Positions 26,958 to 38,915 of a stretch of 64,000 nt of DNA are shown here, one piece after another. The notes under the pieces are model-generated. The model saw nothing but the letters and a program-made list of their open reading frames with translations, was not told the DNA's origin and did no database searches. Numbering within the stretch: the stretch's first letter is position 1; each line of letters begins with the position of its first letter. Source of the stretch: Gemmatimonadota bacterium (lineage in GTDB: Bacteria; Gemmatimonadota; Gemmatimonadetes; Gemmatimonadales; GWC2-71-9); NCBI GenBank assembly GCA_003222205.1, contig QHVC01000048.1:1470-65469 (forward strand). The letters are read 5' to 3'. A program made the translations under genes and the position numbers.

Positions 26958-29900
26958 CTAGCGCTGGCCGGGGCGGCCGTCCAGCACTTCGCGCACCTTG
27001 CGAGCGAGGGCTTCGGGCTCGAAGGGCTTTTGCAGGAAGGCGAGGCCGGCTGCCGCGGTGCCGCGCACCACGGCGTCCTCGGTATAGCCCGACATGTAGA
27101 GCACCCGGGTCGCAGGTCGTGCGACGACCAACCGCTCCGCGAGCTCGCGGCCCGTCATCCCGGGCATCACCATGTCGGTGAGCAGGAGGTTGATGGTACC
27201 GGATTCCCGGGCGGCGACGGTCAGCGCCTCGGGACCATCCTTGGCGGTCAGGACCCGATACCCGGACAACTCGAGCGTCTTTGCGGCGACGCGGCGAACG
27301 GCCTCCTCGTCCTCCACCAGCAGGACGGTCTCGCCGGCGGGACTGGACTCGACACGAGGGGGAAGGACTTCATGGGGTTGTGGGGAGGCGGCGACCACGG
27401 GAAAGGCGATGCGGACCGCCGTGCCGCGGTCCGTCTCACTCTCGATCCAGATATAGCCCCCGCTCTGTTTGACAACGCCGTACACGGTGGCCAGGCCGAG
27501 GCCGGTGCCCTTCCCGACCTCCTTCGTCGTAAAGAACGGCTCGAACAGATGCGCTTTCACGTCCGCCGTCATGCCGGTGCCGGTGTCGACGACCTCGAGG
27601 AGCGCGTACGCCCCGGGGGCGGGCAGGGGCGCCGTGGTTTCCGCCCCGGTAAACCGCGTGTGGGCCGTGCGGATCGTGACCCGGCCGCCGTGGGGCATGG
27701 CGTCGCGCGAGTTGACGATCAGGTTGAGGATCACCTGCTCGAGCTGACTCGGGTCGGCCTGAATCGTCGGGAGATGCGGGGCGAGCTCCGTTACGAGCTG
27801 CACGTCTTCGCCGATGAGCCGCCGCAGCATGGTATCGAGGTTCGACACGACGGTGTTGAGGTCGAGCACTTTCGGGGCGAGGACCTGGCGGCGGCTGTAG
27901 GCCAACAGCTGGCGGGTCAAGTCGGCGGCGCGCAGGGCGGCTTTGCGGATTTCCTCGACGTCGTCGCGCATGGTGACGCCCGGCTCGAGATCACGCAGCA
28001 GCAGCTGAGTGGTGCCGAGGATCGCGGTGAGCAAATTGTTGAAGTCGTGGGCGATGCCGCCGGCCAGGCGTCCCACCGCTTCCATCTTCTGGGCCTGGCG
28101 CAACTGGTCCTCGAGGCGACGCGTTTCCGTCACGTCGCGGGCGAGCACGAGACGGGCCGGGCGGCCGGCAAACGACAGCTCGTGGGATGTGACGTCGACC
28201 TCGATCACCGATCCGTCACGCTTGCGGTGGCGCCAGTGGCCGCTGTAGCCGAACCGGCTGAGCCCCTCGCTGACGAGCCGGCGCAACGCGGGCACGTCCT
28301 CGGCTGGCCGCAGATCCTCGATGGTCAACTCCAGGAATTCGGCCTCGGTGTACCCGTAGCGCGTGACGGCGGCGTCATTCACCGCGAGGATGCGGTGCGT
28401 CTCTTCGTCGTAGACCCACATCGCCTCGGGGTTGGCGTCGAACAGCTGCTGGTAGCGCGCCGCGACCTCCGCCAGGCGCGCGGCGGCGCGGCGGCGCTCG
28501 ATCGCCCGGGCCACCTGGTCGGACACGAACTGCAGGATGCTGAGCTCGGCCTCCCCGTAGCGCACGCCCTCGGAGTAGGTCTGCACCACCAGGACGCCGA
28601 TGATCTCATCACCCACGCGCAGGGGGACGCCCATCCAGTCCAGCGACGGGGCGCCGATCAGCTCCACTTCGCCGCGTCGCTCGAGATCGGCGTACACGTC
28701 CGGCGTCGCGAGCAGGGGGCGTCCGGTCCGCAGCACGTACTCGGTGAGCCCTTTGCCGAGCCGCTTGGGCGGATATTGGGCGTCGTATTCGTCCACGAAA
28801 TAGGGGAAGGTGATGAGCCGCTCGGCCGGCTCGTACAACGCGACATAGAAGTTTGTGGCCGGGATCAGCTCGCTGACGATCTCATGAATGGAGCGGTACA
28901 GCTCGTCGAGGTTGCGGACGGTGCCCGCCGCCTCCGAGATGCGGTAGGTCGCGGACTGCACCTGCTCCGCCCGCTTGCGATCGGTGATGTCTCGCTGCGT
29001 GCCCCAGATGCGCACGAGCCGCCCGCCTTCCACAATCCCAACGAGATTATTGAGGAAGGCCTTCGGCCGGCCGTCGCGGTCGCGCTCAAAGGACTCGGCC
29101 TCGGTCTGCCGGTACCCACCGGTGACGAACGCCCGGAGGTGTGCCGCATTGCGGGGCTCGGTGGGGAGCAGGAAGTCGGCGATGCGCGCCCCGACAAATG
29201 CTTTCGCGGACGGAGCGCCGTAGACGCGGGCCATCGCTTCGTTGCACTCGGCGAGATGGGCGTGCTGGAAGATCCGCGCCACCTGCTCATCGGGGGGGAG
29301 GTCCACGGGGATCGGCTCGTCGAGCTCGACGCGCCAGATCGCCTCCCCTGAGTTCACGAGGAAGGCGCGGTAGCGCTCCTCGCTCTGCCGCAGCGCCACC
29401 TCGCTGCGGCGCCGGTCGGTGATGTCGCGGCCGACGCCGAGGATCCCCATGAGGCGGTTGTCCTGGTCGCGGAGCGGCCCTTTGGCGACGAGCAGCGTCC
29501 GCGGGCCGGCGGGGGTGTCGCGCGTCTCCTCGTCGGTCTCCAGCTGGCCGGTAGCGAGGATGCGGGCGTCGCTCTCGCGGAAGCGGCGCACGACCTCCGG
29601 GGGCCAGAGCTCCTCGTCGGTGCGGCCGACCACCGAGTCGACAGTGGTGCCCATCAGCATGGCCCCAGTGGTGTTGATCATCAGATAGCGGCCGGAGAGG
29701 TCTTTGGCGAAGACGGCATCGCCAGTCCCCTCGGTGATCGCCACGAGCAGGTCACGACTCTGCTGCAGCGCGCGATCGTAGCGGTGACGCTCGCTCACAT
29801 CGCGGAAGCTCCAGACGCGGCCCACCACGTCGGCGCCCACGCGCTGCGGCTGCGAGTAGCGCTCGAAGACGCGGCCGTCCTTGAACTCCAGCAGATCGGA

Positions 29901-30215
29901 GCTGGCGGCCTCGGGGTGCGCGTATAGCTCTTTCACCTTAGTGAGGAACGCGTCCGGGTGCGTCAGCTGCTCCACGACGAACGCCAGGAGCCGCTCGTCG
30001 CTGCCGGCGGCGGCGAGATCGGCGGGGATGCGCCACATGTCGAGGAAGCGGCGATTGTACTTGGTCACGCGGCCGGCCGCGTCCACGACGAGAATGCCGT
30101 CCGCCGTGGAGTCGAGCGTGGCTTCGAGCAGGGAGAGCGTGCGCTTAATCTCGCCCGGCGTGGGGTCGCGGGAGGGGGGTCCGGGACGCCGGCGAGGGCG
30201 GCGGGAGGCCGACAT
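26958..30215 (-). CDS. large cytoplasmic hybrid sensor kinase (about four PAS, one GAF, HisKA, HATPase_c, REC)
   Basis: 1085 aa from the ATG at 30215. The track ORF start (30278) would read through tRNA-Asn. The H-box is [19 protein letters not shown]. ATPase motifs are [17 protein letters not shown] and GTGLGL. The receiver is [23 protein letters not shown]. No TM segment is seen. Confidence 0.88.
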   Translation of the reverse strand: MSASRRPRRRPGPPSRDPTPGEIKRTLSLLEATLDSTADGILVVDAAGRVTKYNRRFLDMWRIPADLAAAGSDERLLAFVVEQLTHPDAFLTKVKELYAHPEAASSDLLEFKDGRVFERYSQPQRVGADVVGRVWSFRDVSERHRYDRALQQSRDLLVAITEGTGDAVFAKDLSGRYLMINTTGAMLMGTTVDSVVGRTDEELWPPEVVRRFRESDARILATGQLETDEETRDTPAGPRTLLVAKGPLRDQDNRLMGILGVGRDITDRRRSEVALRQSEERYRAFLVNSGEAIWRVELDEPIPVDLPPDEQVARIFQHAHLAECNEAMARVYGAPSAKAFVGARIADFLLPTEPRNAAHLRAFVTGGYRQTEAESFERDRDGRPKAFLNNLVGIVEGGRLVRIWGTQRDITDRKRAEQVQSATYRISEAAGTVRNLDELYRSIHEIVSELIPATNFYVALYEPAERLITFPYFVDEYDAQYPPKRLGKGLTEYVLRTGRPLLATPDVYADLERRGEVELIGAPSLDWMGVPLRVGDEIIGVLVVQTYSEGVRYGEAELSILQFVSDQVARAIERRRAAARLAEVAARYQQLFDANPEAMWVYDEETHRILAVNDAAVTRYGYTEAEFLELTIEDLRPAEDVPALRRLVSEGLSRFGYSGHWRHRKRDGSVIEVDVTSHELSFAGRPARLVLARDVTETRRLEDQLRQAQKMEAVGRLAGGIAHDFNNLLTAILGTTQLLLRDLEPGVTMRDDVEEIRKAALRAADLTRQLLAYSRRQVLAPKVLDLNTVVSNLDTMLRRLIGEDVQLVTELAPHLPTIQADPSQLEQVILNLIVNSRDAMPHGGRVTIRTAHTRFTGAETTAPLPAPGAYALLEVVDTGTGMTADVKAHLFEPFFTTKEVGKGTGLGLATVYGVVKQSGGYIWIESETDRGTAVRIAFPVVAASPQPHEVLPPRVESSPAGETVLLVEDEEAVRRVAAKTLELSGYRVLTAKDGPEALTVAARESGTINLLLTDMVMPGMTGRELAERLVVARPATRVLYMSGYTEDAVVRGTAAAGLAFLQKPFEPEALARKVREVLDGRPGQR

Positions 30216-30220
30216 GGGAA

Positions 30221-30293
30221 CTCCCGAGGCAGGACTCGAACCTGCGACCCGCCGGTTAACAGCCGGCTGCTCTACCAACTGAGCTACTCGGGA
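30221..30293 (-). tRNA. tRNA-Asn (anticodon GUU)
   Basis: The minus strand reads TCCCGAG-TA-GCTC-AGTTGGTA-GAGC-A-GCCGG-CTGTTAA-CCGGC-GGGTC-GCAGG-TTCGAGT-CCTGC-CTCGGGA-G. This is a complete cloverleaf, and CCA is not encoded. Confidence 0.93.
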
Positions 30294-30306
30294 AAGCGCG
30301 CGAAAT

Positions 30307-31145
30307 CTAGCGTCTCACCTCGGCCGTCACCATCCCTGCCAGGATCAGACCGCCGCCGAACCACTGCAGCGGTGACAGCCGCTCGCCGAGCCACAGCCAG
30401 GAGGCCGTGGCGGCGAAGACGGCCTCGAAGCAGAAGATGATCGCCGCGCGCGCGGACGACATTTCCCGCTGGGCTTTCATCTGCCAGAGCAGCGCCAGCG
30501 CGGTCGCGCACACGCTCGCCCAGCCGAGCTGCGCCACGAGCTTGGGGCTCCACCGCAAGACCGGATGCTCGAGGGTGATCGCCGCCACGGCCGCGAGCGC
30601 GGCGGTGCCGAGGGTCTGCATCCACACGAGGCGGGCGGGATGGAAGCGCCGGGACAGCGCGGCGACCGCGACGATCTGTCCACCGAAACACACGGCGGTG
30701 ACGAGCGTCCACACGTCACCGCGATTGAGCCCGCCGCCTTGCGGGTCGGTGAGCAGGTACATCCCCACCGCGGCGAGCAGCAGGGCGAGGAGGGCCCACG
30801 GGCTGGGCCGCTCGCGCACGGCGGCAAACGCGATCGGCGGTGCCAGCACGGAGGACACGCCCACGATAAACGCCGAACGGGACGGGGTCGTGTCCACGAG
30901 CCCGACCGCCTGCGTCGCGAATCCCACGCCGAGCACCGCCGCCAGGACCGCGCCGGCCACCAGCTCAGCCCGCGTGAACGGCGCGGCGAGGGGAGTGAAC
31001 GGCGTCAACACCACCGCGGCGACGGCGAAGCGCACCGCCAGGAACGCCAGCGGGGTCGCGGCGGTGAGCGCGTCTTTGATCACGACGAACGTCACGCCCC
31101 AGATGAGCGTGGCGGCGACCAGCAGGAGATCGGCGTCGCGGCGGC

Positions 31146-31149
<4 letters not shown>
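30307..31149 (-). CDS. DMT-superfamily transporter (two EamA domains)
   Basis: 280 aa with about 10 TM segments. LLLVAATLIWGVTFVVIKDAL and the repeated architecture fit EamA. The GTG start overlaps the uvrA stop (GTGA). Confidence 0.8.
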
Positions 31150-33932
<2,783 letters not shown>

Positions 33933-33948
33933 AACCCGCAAACATAAC

Positions 33949-34022
33949 GGGTGCCGGGTGTGGGGTGTCAGGTGCCGGGGGACTTACCGATACCCGGCAC
34001 CTGGAACCCGACACCCGACACC
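33949..34022. repeat. heptamer mirror array / long imperfect palindrome in the divergent uvrA-UPF0104 spacer
   Basis: The left arm is GGGTGCC GGGTGTG GGGTGTC AGGTGCC (33949-33976). The right arm is CCCGGCA CCTGGAA CCCGACA CCCGACA (33993-34020). A perfect 11-bp core pairs CAGGTGCCGGG (33969-33979) with CCCGGCACCTG (33993-34003) around a 13-nt loop. Confidence 0.85.
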
Positions 34023-34060
34023 TAGCGAATGGTGCAGGCGCGCTTAAGGTTTCGGCCCCA

Positions 34061-35131
34061 ATGGCGCTCGCCCTGTCCCCGCGGCTGCTGCGCCGCGGTC
34101 TCGAACTGTTCGCCGTCATCTCGTTGCTGGGCGTGGGGGGGTTGCTCCTCTACGGTGACAATTTTCACGCCTTCTGGTCGGCGTTGTTCTCCCTCCAGCT
34201 CCAATGGCTTGTCGTAGGGCTCGCGCTCGCCTCGATGGACTGGTTCGGGGGCGGGACGCGGCTGTGGGTGATGGCGCGCCACGTGCACCCGGGGGTGCGC
34301 TGGCGGGACATGGTGATCTCGGGCGGGATGAGTGCGTGGGGGGCGTATCTGACCCCGTTTCAGAGCGGCGCCGGGCCGATGATGATGTGGACGATGACGC
34401 GGGTGGGGGTCACGCTTCCTGAGGCGATGACCTCGGCGTTCATGACGTTCGTGGCGACGATCGCCTTTTTCGCCATCGCCGGCCCGCTCGCCCTGGTCTT
34501 CGGGGCGGGGCAATCGCTCGCCCAGCACAACGTTGTGCTGAACATCACGCTGTACGACCTGTTCCGCACCAGTCTCAAGGTCTTCGTGGTGCTCGGGGTC
34601 GTAATGCTCGCGACGATGGCGTTCCCGCGCCACGCGCGCGACCTCGTCCAGTGGCTGGCGGGGCGGATCGAGCGCCGCAGCCGGCGCGTCGCCGCGCGCA
34701 TCGCCAACCTGCGCGCCGGAATCGACCGGGCCCACGATTGCATGGTGGTGTTCCGAAGCCCCAGGGGCTGGCTGTCGCTGCTGTGGGCGGTGCTGCTGTC
34801 CGCCCCGTCGCACGCCAACAAGCTGCTGGCCGGCTACGTCGCCATGCGGGCGCTGGGACTGCACGCGAACTTCGTGGACATCCTGCTCCTCCAGACGTTC
34901 ATCACCTTCCTCTTGTATTTCGCCCCGACGCCCGGCGCCTCGGGGCTGGCCGAGCTACTGTCGGCGACGGTGATGTCGATCTACGTCCCTCGGACCCTGT
35001 TGCCGAGCTACACCCTGATCTGGCGGTTCATCAACAGCTACGCGACGGTGGGGTTCGGCTCGTTTCTGTTCTGGCGCTGGATGCGCAGCGGCCTCGTCCA
35101 CATGGAGGCGACGGTGGCGCGCAAGGCGTAA
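34061..35131 (+). CDS. UPF0104 / flippase-like (lysylphosphatidylglycerol-synthase TM-region) membrane protein
   Basis: The ATG at 34061 gives MALALSPRLLRRGLELFAVISLLGVGGLLLY... It is a multi-TM protein, and LQWLVVGLALASMDWFGGGTRLWVMAR..GGMSAWGAYLTPFQSGAGP is typical of the family as I remember it. Confidence 0.65.
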   Translation: MALALSPRLLRRGLELFAVISLLGVGGLLLYGDNFHAFWSALFSLQLQWLVVGLALASMDWFGGGTRLWVMARHVHPGVRWRDMVISGGMSAWGAYLTPFQSGAGPMMMWTMTRVGVTLPEAMTSAFMTFVATIAFFAIAGPLALVFGAGQSLAQHNVVLNITLYDLFRTSLKVFVVLGVVMLATMAFPRHARDLVQWLAGRIERRSRRVAARIANLRAGIDRAHDCMVVFRSPRGWLSLLWAVLLSAPSHANKLLAGYVAMRALGLHANFVDILLLQTFITFLLYFAPTPGASGLAELLSATVMSIYVPRTLLPSYTLIWRFINSYATVGFGSFLFWRWMRSGLVHMEATVARKA

Positions 35132-35142
35132 CCCACGTTTCC

Positions 35143-35171
35143 TTGCGCGGTTACGCGGGCGGTCGTAATTT
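35143..35171 (+). promoter_or_regulatory. promoter candidate for the FHA/PP2C pair
   Basis: TTGCGC (35143-35148), a 17-nt spacer, then TAATTT (35166-35171). GGAGG lies at 35190-35194. Confidence 0.3.
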
Positions 35172-35205
35172 CCGGCTCGATCTCTCCCCGGAGGAGTACC
35201 CGGCG

Positions 35206-36537
35206 ATGGCGCTGCTTGAGATGGGCGGGAAGCGGTTCACGATCCCGGCTGGCGAAGTGTTCCTGGGCAGTGATGTTGCCTGCGCCATCCAGATTGGGGG
35301 AACCGGAGTGCTCGCCAAGCACGCGGCTTTCCGGGGCACGCCGGATGGGCAGGTCGTCGTCCGCAAGGCTGTTCCTGAAGCCGAAGTCACGATCAACGGT
35401 GTCCGTCTGGGCGCCGAGCCGACTCCCCTTCTCCACGGCGACAAGGTGCAGGTGGCCGGCCACGAATTCACCTTCGTGGACGAACGCCGCAGCGGCAGTA
35501 CCCAATACGTCTCGGCGATGAAGATGCCCGAGGCGCAGGCGAAAGGCGCCGCGACCGGGAAGGCAACGGGCAATACCGGCGGGCGGGTGGTGTCGTTGAC
35601 GGACGGCCGCGAGTACACCATCACCGGCGCCTCGCTGGTGTTCGGCCGGGAAGCCGGGTGCGACGTGGTGGTGCCAGGCAAGGACGTGTCGCGCCGGCAT
35701 GCCGAAATCGTCCAGACCCCCAAGGGCTACCTGCTGGTGGACTCGAGCACCAACGGCACGTTCGTGAACGAAGAGCGCGTGGAGGGCCAGCGCCTGCTCG
35801 CGCGAGGGGACGTGCTGAAGCTCGGAGAGGAGCAGTTCCGCTTCTACGCCGATCCGCCGAAACCCGCTCCGGGCCCTCCTGAGGGGCCGGCCGCAAAGCC
35901 GCCGGCGGCCGCGCCCCCGAAGTTGGCGGACACAGTCAACGCCATACCCGCCGCGCCGCGAGCCGCCCCTGGCGCTGGGCGGCCATCGTCGGGCGGCGCC
36001 CCGCTGGCCAGCTTCCTGGTCAAGAACGGATCGCTAAAGGGCCAGCGCCTGCTGGTGCGAACGCCGATCGTCAACATCGGCCGGGCCGATTACAACGACC
36101 TGGTGGTACCCGACGAGTCGGTGTCGACCCAACACGCCAAGCTGCAACGCCGCGAAGGGATCTGGATCCTCTTGGACCTTGGCTCGACGAACGGCACGTT
36201 CGCCGACGGGGAACGGGTCTCCAGCGATGCCGCGCTGGCCCCCGGGGCGCTGGTGCGCTTGGGCGACATCCAATTCGTCTTCGAGACCACGGAAGCCGAC
36301 GACGCGCTCGGCGTGGCCAAGGGCGGTGGCACCAAGGTGATGCAGGCGATGGCGGCTCCCCCCCCGGCGGCGAAACCCGCGGCGAAGCCGGCCTCCCCTC
36401 CACCCCCGGCCAAACTCGCGGCGCCGAAGCGGCCGATCCCGCCCCCGGTCGCGGAAAAGAAAGGCAAGGGTTGCGGTGGCAGCGCGGCCGTATTCCTCCT
36501 GAGCGTGACCGCGCTCGCCTACTGGCTGTTCTCGTAA
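35206..36537 (+). CDS. triple-FHA-domain protein with a Pro/Ala-rich linker and C-terminal TM anchor
   Basis: 443 aa from the ATG at 35206. Three FHA-like modules are present: ..FLGSDVACAIQI..INGVRL..; ..LVFGREAGCDVVVPGKDVSRRHAEIVQTPKGYLLVDSSTNGTFVNEERV; and ..VNIGRADYNDLVVPDESVSTQHAKLQRREGIWILLDLGSTNGTFADGERV. The C-terminus is CGGSAAVFLLSVTALAYWLFS. Confidence 0.82.
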   Translation: MALLEMGGKRFTIPAGEVFLGSDVACAIQIGGTGVLAKHAAFRGTPDGQVVVRKAVPEAEVTINGVRLGAEPTPLLHGDKVQVAGHEFTFVDERRSGSTQYVSAMKMPEAQAKGAATGKATGNTGGRVVSLTDGREYTITGASLVFGREAGCDVVVPGKDVSRRHAEIVQTPKGYLLVDSSTNGTFVNEERVEGQRLLARGDVLKLGEEQFRFYADPPKPAPGPPEGPAAKPPAAAPPKLADTVNAIPAAPRAAPGAGRPSSGGAPLASFLVKNGSLKGQRLLVRTPIVNIGRADYNDLVVPDESVSTQHAKLQRREGIWILLDLGSTNGTFADGERVSSDAALAPGALVRLGDIQFVFETTEADDALGVAKGGGTKVMQAMAAPPPAAKPAAKPASPPPPAKLAAPKRPIPPPVAEKKGKGCGGSAAVFLLSVTALAYWLFS

Positions 36538-36545
36538 CCGGGACC

Positions 36546-37328
36546 GTGAACATTACCTGCGCAGGCCGTACCGATGTCGGCGTCATCCGCTCGGGGAATG
36601 AGGACAATTACCTCATGGTCCCCGATCGCGGCATCTTCATCGTGGCCGATGGGATGGGGGGGCATGCCGCCGGGGAAGTCGCGAGCGAAATGGCGGTCAA
36701 GTTCATCGCCCGCGAGCTCGGCTCGCTCAAGGGTTTGGGGGACGAACAGGTCGCCGAGCGGATGCGCCAGGCGATCCGCGCCGCGAACGCGGCGATCTTC
36801 CAGCGTACGCTGACTGAACACGACAAGCGCGGCATGGGCACCACGACCACCGCGCTGGGGCTGTATGACGCGCGGTTCCTCATCGGCCAGGTGGGCGACA
36901 GTCGGGCCTATCTGCTGCGCGACGGCAAACTCTCGCAGGTCACCAAGGATCACTCGTACGTGCAGGAGCAGGTCGACGCAGGGTACCTGACGCCCGACCA
37001 GGCCCGGGCCCACCCTTACAGCAACGTGATCACGCGCTGCGTCGGCGCGAACAGCGACGTGCTGCCGGACGTTTACGTGGGAACGGTGAAACCCAAGGAC
37101 CTCTTCCTGCTGGCGTCGGATGGCCTGACCGGCATGCTCGAGGACCAGCAGCTGTTCGAGATCCTGCGACAGGGGGGCGAGCCGCAGCAGCACGTCGATG
37201 CCCTGATCGCCGAGGCCAACCGATTGGGCGGTCTGGACAACATCACGGCGATCATCGTGCGGATCGACTCGGTCGAGGCGCCGGAAGCCGAGACCACCAC
37301 CCAGGCGATGCGGGGCGTCGGCCGCTAG
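36546..37328 (+). CDS. PP2C-family Ser/Thr protein phosphatase
   Basis: GTG 36546 lies 9 nt after the FHA gene stop. Motifs present: GRTDVGVIRSGNEDNY..IFIVADGMGGHAAGEVAS..GTTTTAL..GDSRAYLL..LLASDGL..GGLDNITAIIV. Confidence 0.9.
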   Translation: MNITCAGRTDVGVIRSGNEDNYLMVPDRGIFIVADGMGGHAAGEVASEMAVKFIARELGSLKGLGDEQVAERMRQAIRAANAAIFQRTLTEHDKRGMGTTTTALGLYDARFLIGQVGDSRAYLLRDGKLSQVTKDHSYVQEQVDAGYLTPDQARAHPYSNVITRCVGANSDVLPDVYVGTVKPKDLFLLASDGLTGMLEDQQLFEILRQGGEPQQHVDALIAEANRLGGLDNITAIIVRIDSVEAPEAETTTQAMRGVGR

Positions 37329-37347
37329 CTAGCTTCGCCTCCTGCTC

Positions 37348-38508
37348 CTACAGCGTCTTCAGGAACGCAACGAGGGCCGCCCGGTCGCCCGCCGGGAGTC
37401 CCAGGAACCGGTCGCGCGGCCCAGCCGCTTCCCCGGCGTGCAGCTCGATCGCTTGCTCCAGCGTCTTCGCCCGCGCGTCGTGGAGGAACTCCGACTTCAG
37501 GCGAACCCCCATCAGCGGCTCGGTGCGGAACTCCGACGGTGTCGCCAGGCCCAGGCAGATGTCGGCGAGCTGCGGCCCCATGTCGTGCAGCAGCAGATCG
37601 GTGTAGGCGGCCACTTCGCGGTGACGTAGGGCGGCGATCGGGCTGTCTCCGGTACGCAGCGCCGGCACATGGCAACCCGGACAGCCGACGCGGGCGAACG
37701 CCTCACGACCCCGGCGGGCCTCGCTCGTGAGCTGCTGCGCCGCCGGCGGGGCGAGCAGGCGCACGAACGCGTCCAGCTGATCGGTCGCCTCCTGGGAGAG
37801 CTCGGGATCAGGGGCCGGATCCGTGCCGGCCGGCAGGGGTCGGCCGCCCACGGTCTCTTCGTTCGGGACGGCGGGGCTGGTGATGCCCATCTCCGCCGAC
37901 AGCGCCCCTTCGTTGAACTCGCGCAGCGTCGGCACGAGCGCCTTCCTGCCGAAGCGGCCCAGGCGGCCGTCGAAGAAACGGTTGGGACGACCCGAGATGC
38001 CGTCGCCGTTGCGGTCATCGGGGTCGGCGTACGAGAGGATCACCGAATCGGGCACGGCGTCGAGCAAGCCGAACCCGAGGATGACCGGCGTCGTGCGCGC
38101 GGCGATGGCGGTCGCGTGGGGCGAGACCGGCTCGCTGTCGATGTTCAGCGCAGCGTGCAGGGCCGGGGTGACCCGCTTTTGGAAGACGGGTCCGCCCTCG
38201 GCGGCGAGCTCGTCGCAGGGCCGGCCGGGGCCACCGGGGTGAAACGCCGTAGCGTGGCGCTCGACTTCGTCCCCCGTACCGCCCGACACGGGCGTCTCGT
38301 GGCACTCCTTACACCCGTCGGCGTTGAAGAGCGGCCCGAGACCCGTCGCGGGCGTGAACGTGCTGTCGAACACGGCGCGACCCTGAGTGAAGCGGTCGCG
38401 CTGGGCGGCCGAGAGGCCGGGGAGGGGATCGCCGGGCTGCGGCCGACGGCACGCACCGACGGCAGCGAGGGCGAGCCCCACCGCCCACGTGAGTGCCGCC
38501 GGCTTCAT
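37348..38508 (-). CDS. DUF1111-type di-haem cytochrome c protein (putative peroxidase/oxidoreductase)
   Basis: 386 aa with a lipoprotein-like signal (AAVGAC). It has two CxxCH haem motifs (CKECH and CPGCH) and a C-terminal ..DRAALVAFLKTL. Confidence 0.75.
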   Translation of the reverse strand: MKPAALTWAVGLALAAVGACRRPQPGDPLPGLSAAQRDRFTQGRAVFDSTFTPATGLGPLFNADGCKECHETPVSGGTGDEVERHATAFHPGGPGRPCDELAAEGGPVFQKRVTPALHAALNIDSEPVSPHATAIAARTTPVILGFGLLDAVPDSVILSYADPDDRNGDGISGRPNRFFDGRLGRFGRKALVPTLREFNEGALSAEMGITSPAVPNEETVGGRPLPAGTDPAPDPELSQEATDQLDAFVRLLAPPAAQQLTSEARRGREAFARVGCPGCHVPALRTGDSPIAALRHREVAAYTDLLLHDMGPQLADICLGLATPSEFRTEPLMGVRLKSEFLHDARAKTLEQAIELHAGEAAGPRDRFLGLPAGDRAALVAFLKTL

Positions 38509-38849
38509 GGCGAGCGTCCCGCGCCGTCGGTCATGCGACCGACGCGCTCGATCGTGTACGCCACGAGGCCGGCCGGGCGCCAGCCGAAGGAGACGCGGAC
38601 GATGTCGCCGGGCTGGAGGGCGGTGAGCGGCAGCGCGGCGCCGCCGGCGCTCACCCGGAGCTCGGTGGGCACGCGAAGCTGCACGACGCGCAGCGCCATG
38701 CCGACGCCGGTCGTGACCGCGACCGTGCGTGCGCGCGGATCCACGGTGCGGACCGCGCCCCGGAGGCTATCGTGCGGTGGCGGTGCCTGCTGCGCGCCCG
38801 CGGCGGCGGGGACCAGGAGGCAAGCGACAATGAGTGCGATGCGGGTCAT
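38505..38849 (-). CDS. small secreted hypothetical protein (114 aa)
   Basis: It has a signal peptide, MTRIALIVACLLVPAAAGAQQ. Its stop overlaps the DUF1111 gene start by 4 nt. The mature part is beta-rich, and I recognise no family. Confidence 0.55.
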   Translation of the reverse strand: MTRIALIVACLLVPAAAGAQQAPPPHDSLRGAVRTVDPRARTVAVTTGVGMALRVVQLRVPTELRVSAGGAALPLTALQPGDIVRVSFGWRPAGLVAYTIERVGRMTDGAGRSP

Positions 38850-38915
38850 GCGATCCTCCCGACTGCGGCTGGAGGGAGTACCCCGCGGTGGGGCGGGGGT
38901 TCGCGCCGTCCTCCC

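Noticed and set aside
26958-30278. Track ORF extending the large hybrid kinase to 1106 aa.
   Set aside because: The first 21 codons are the reverse complement of tRNA-Asn (30221-30293). ATG 30215 is used instead.
21747-30293. Genomic island integrated at the 3' end of tRNA-Asn and bounded by the AT-rich gap at 21747-21942.
   Set aside because: There is no integrase or recombinase. I could see no direct repeat of the tRNA 3' end in the AT-rich gap. The kinase genes have the same GC-rich look and tight packing as the surrounding core genes.
35206-37328. T6SS-type Fha/PppA threonine-phosphorylation switch.
   Set aside because: No T6SS structural genes (tssA-M, hcp, vgrG) and no PpkA kinase are in the window.
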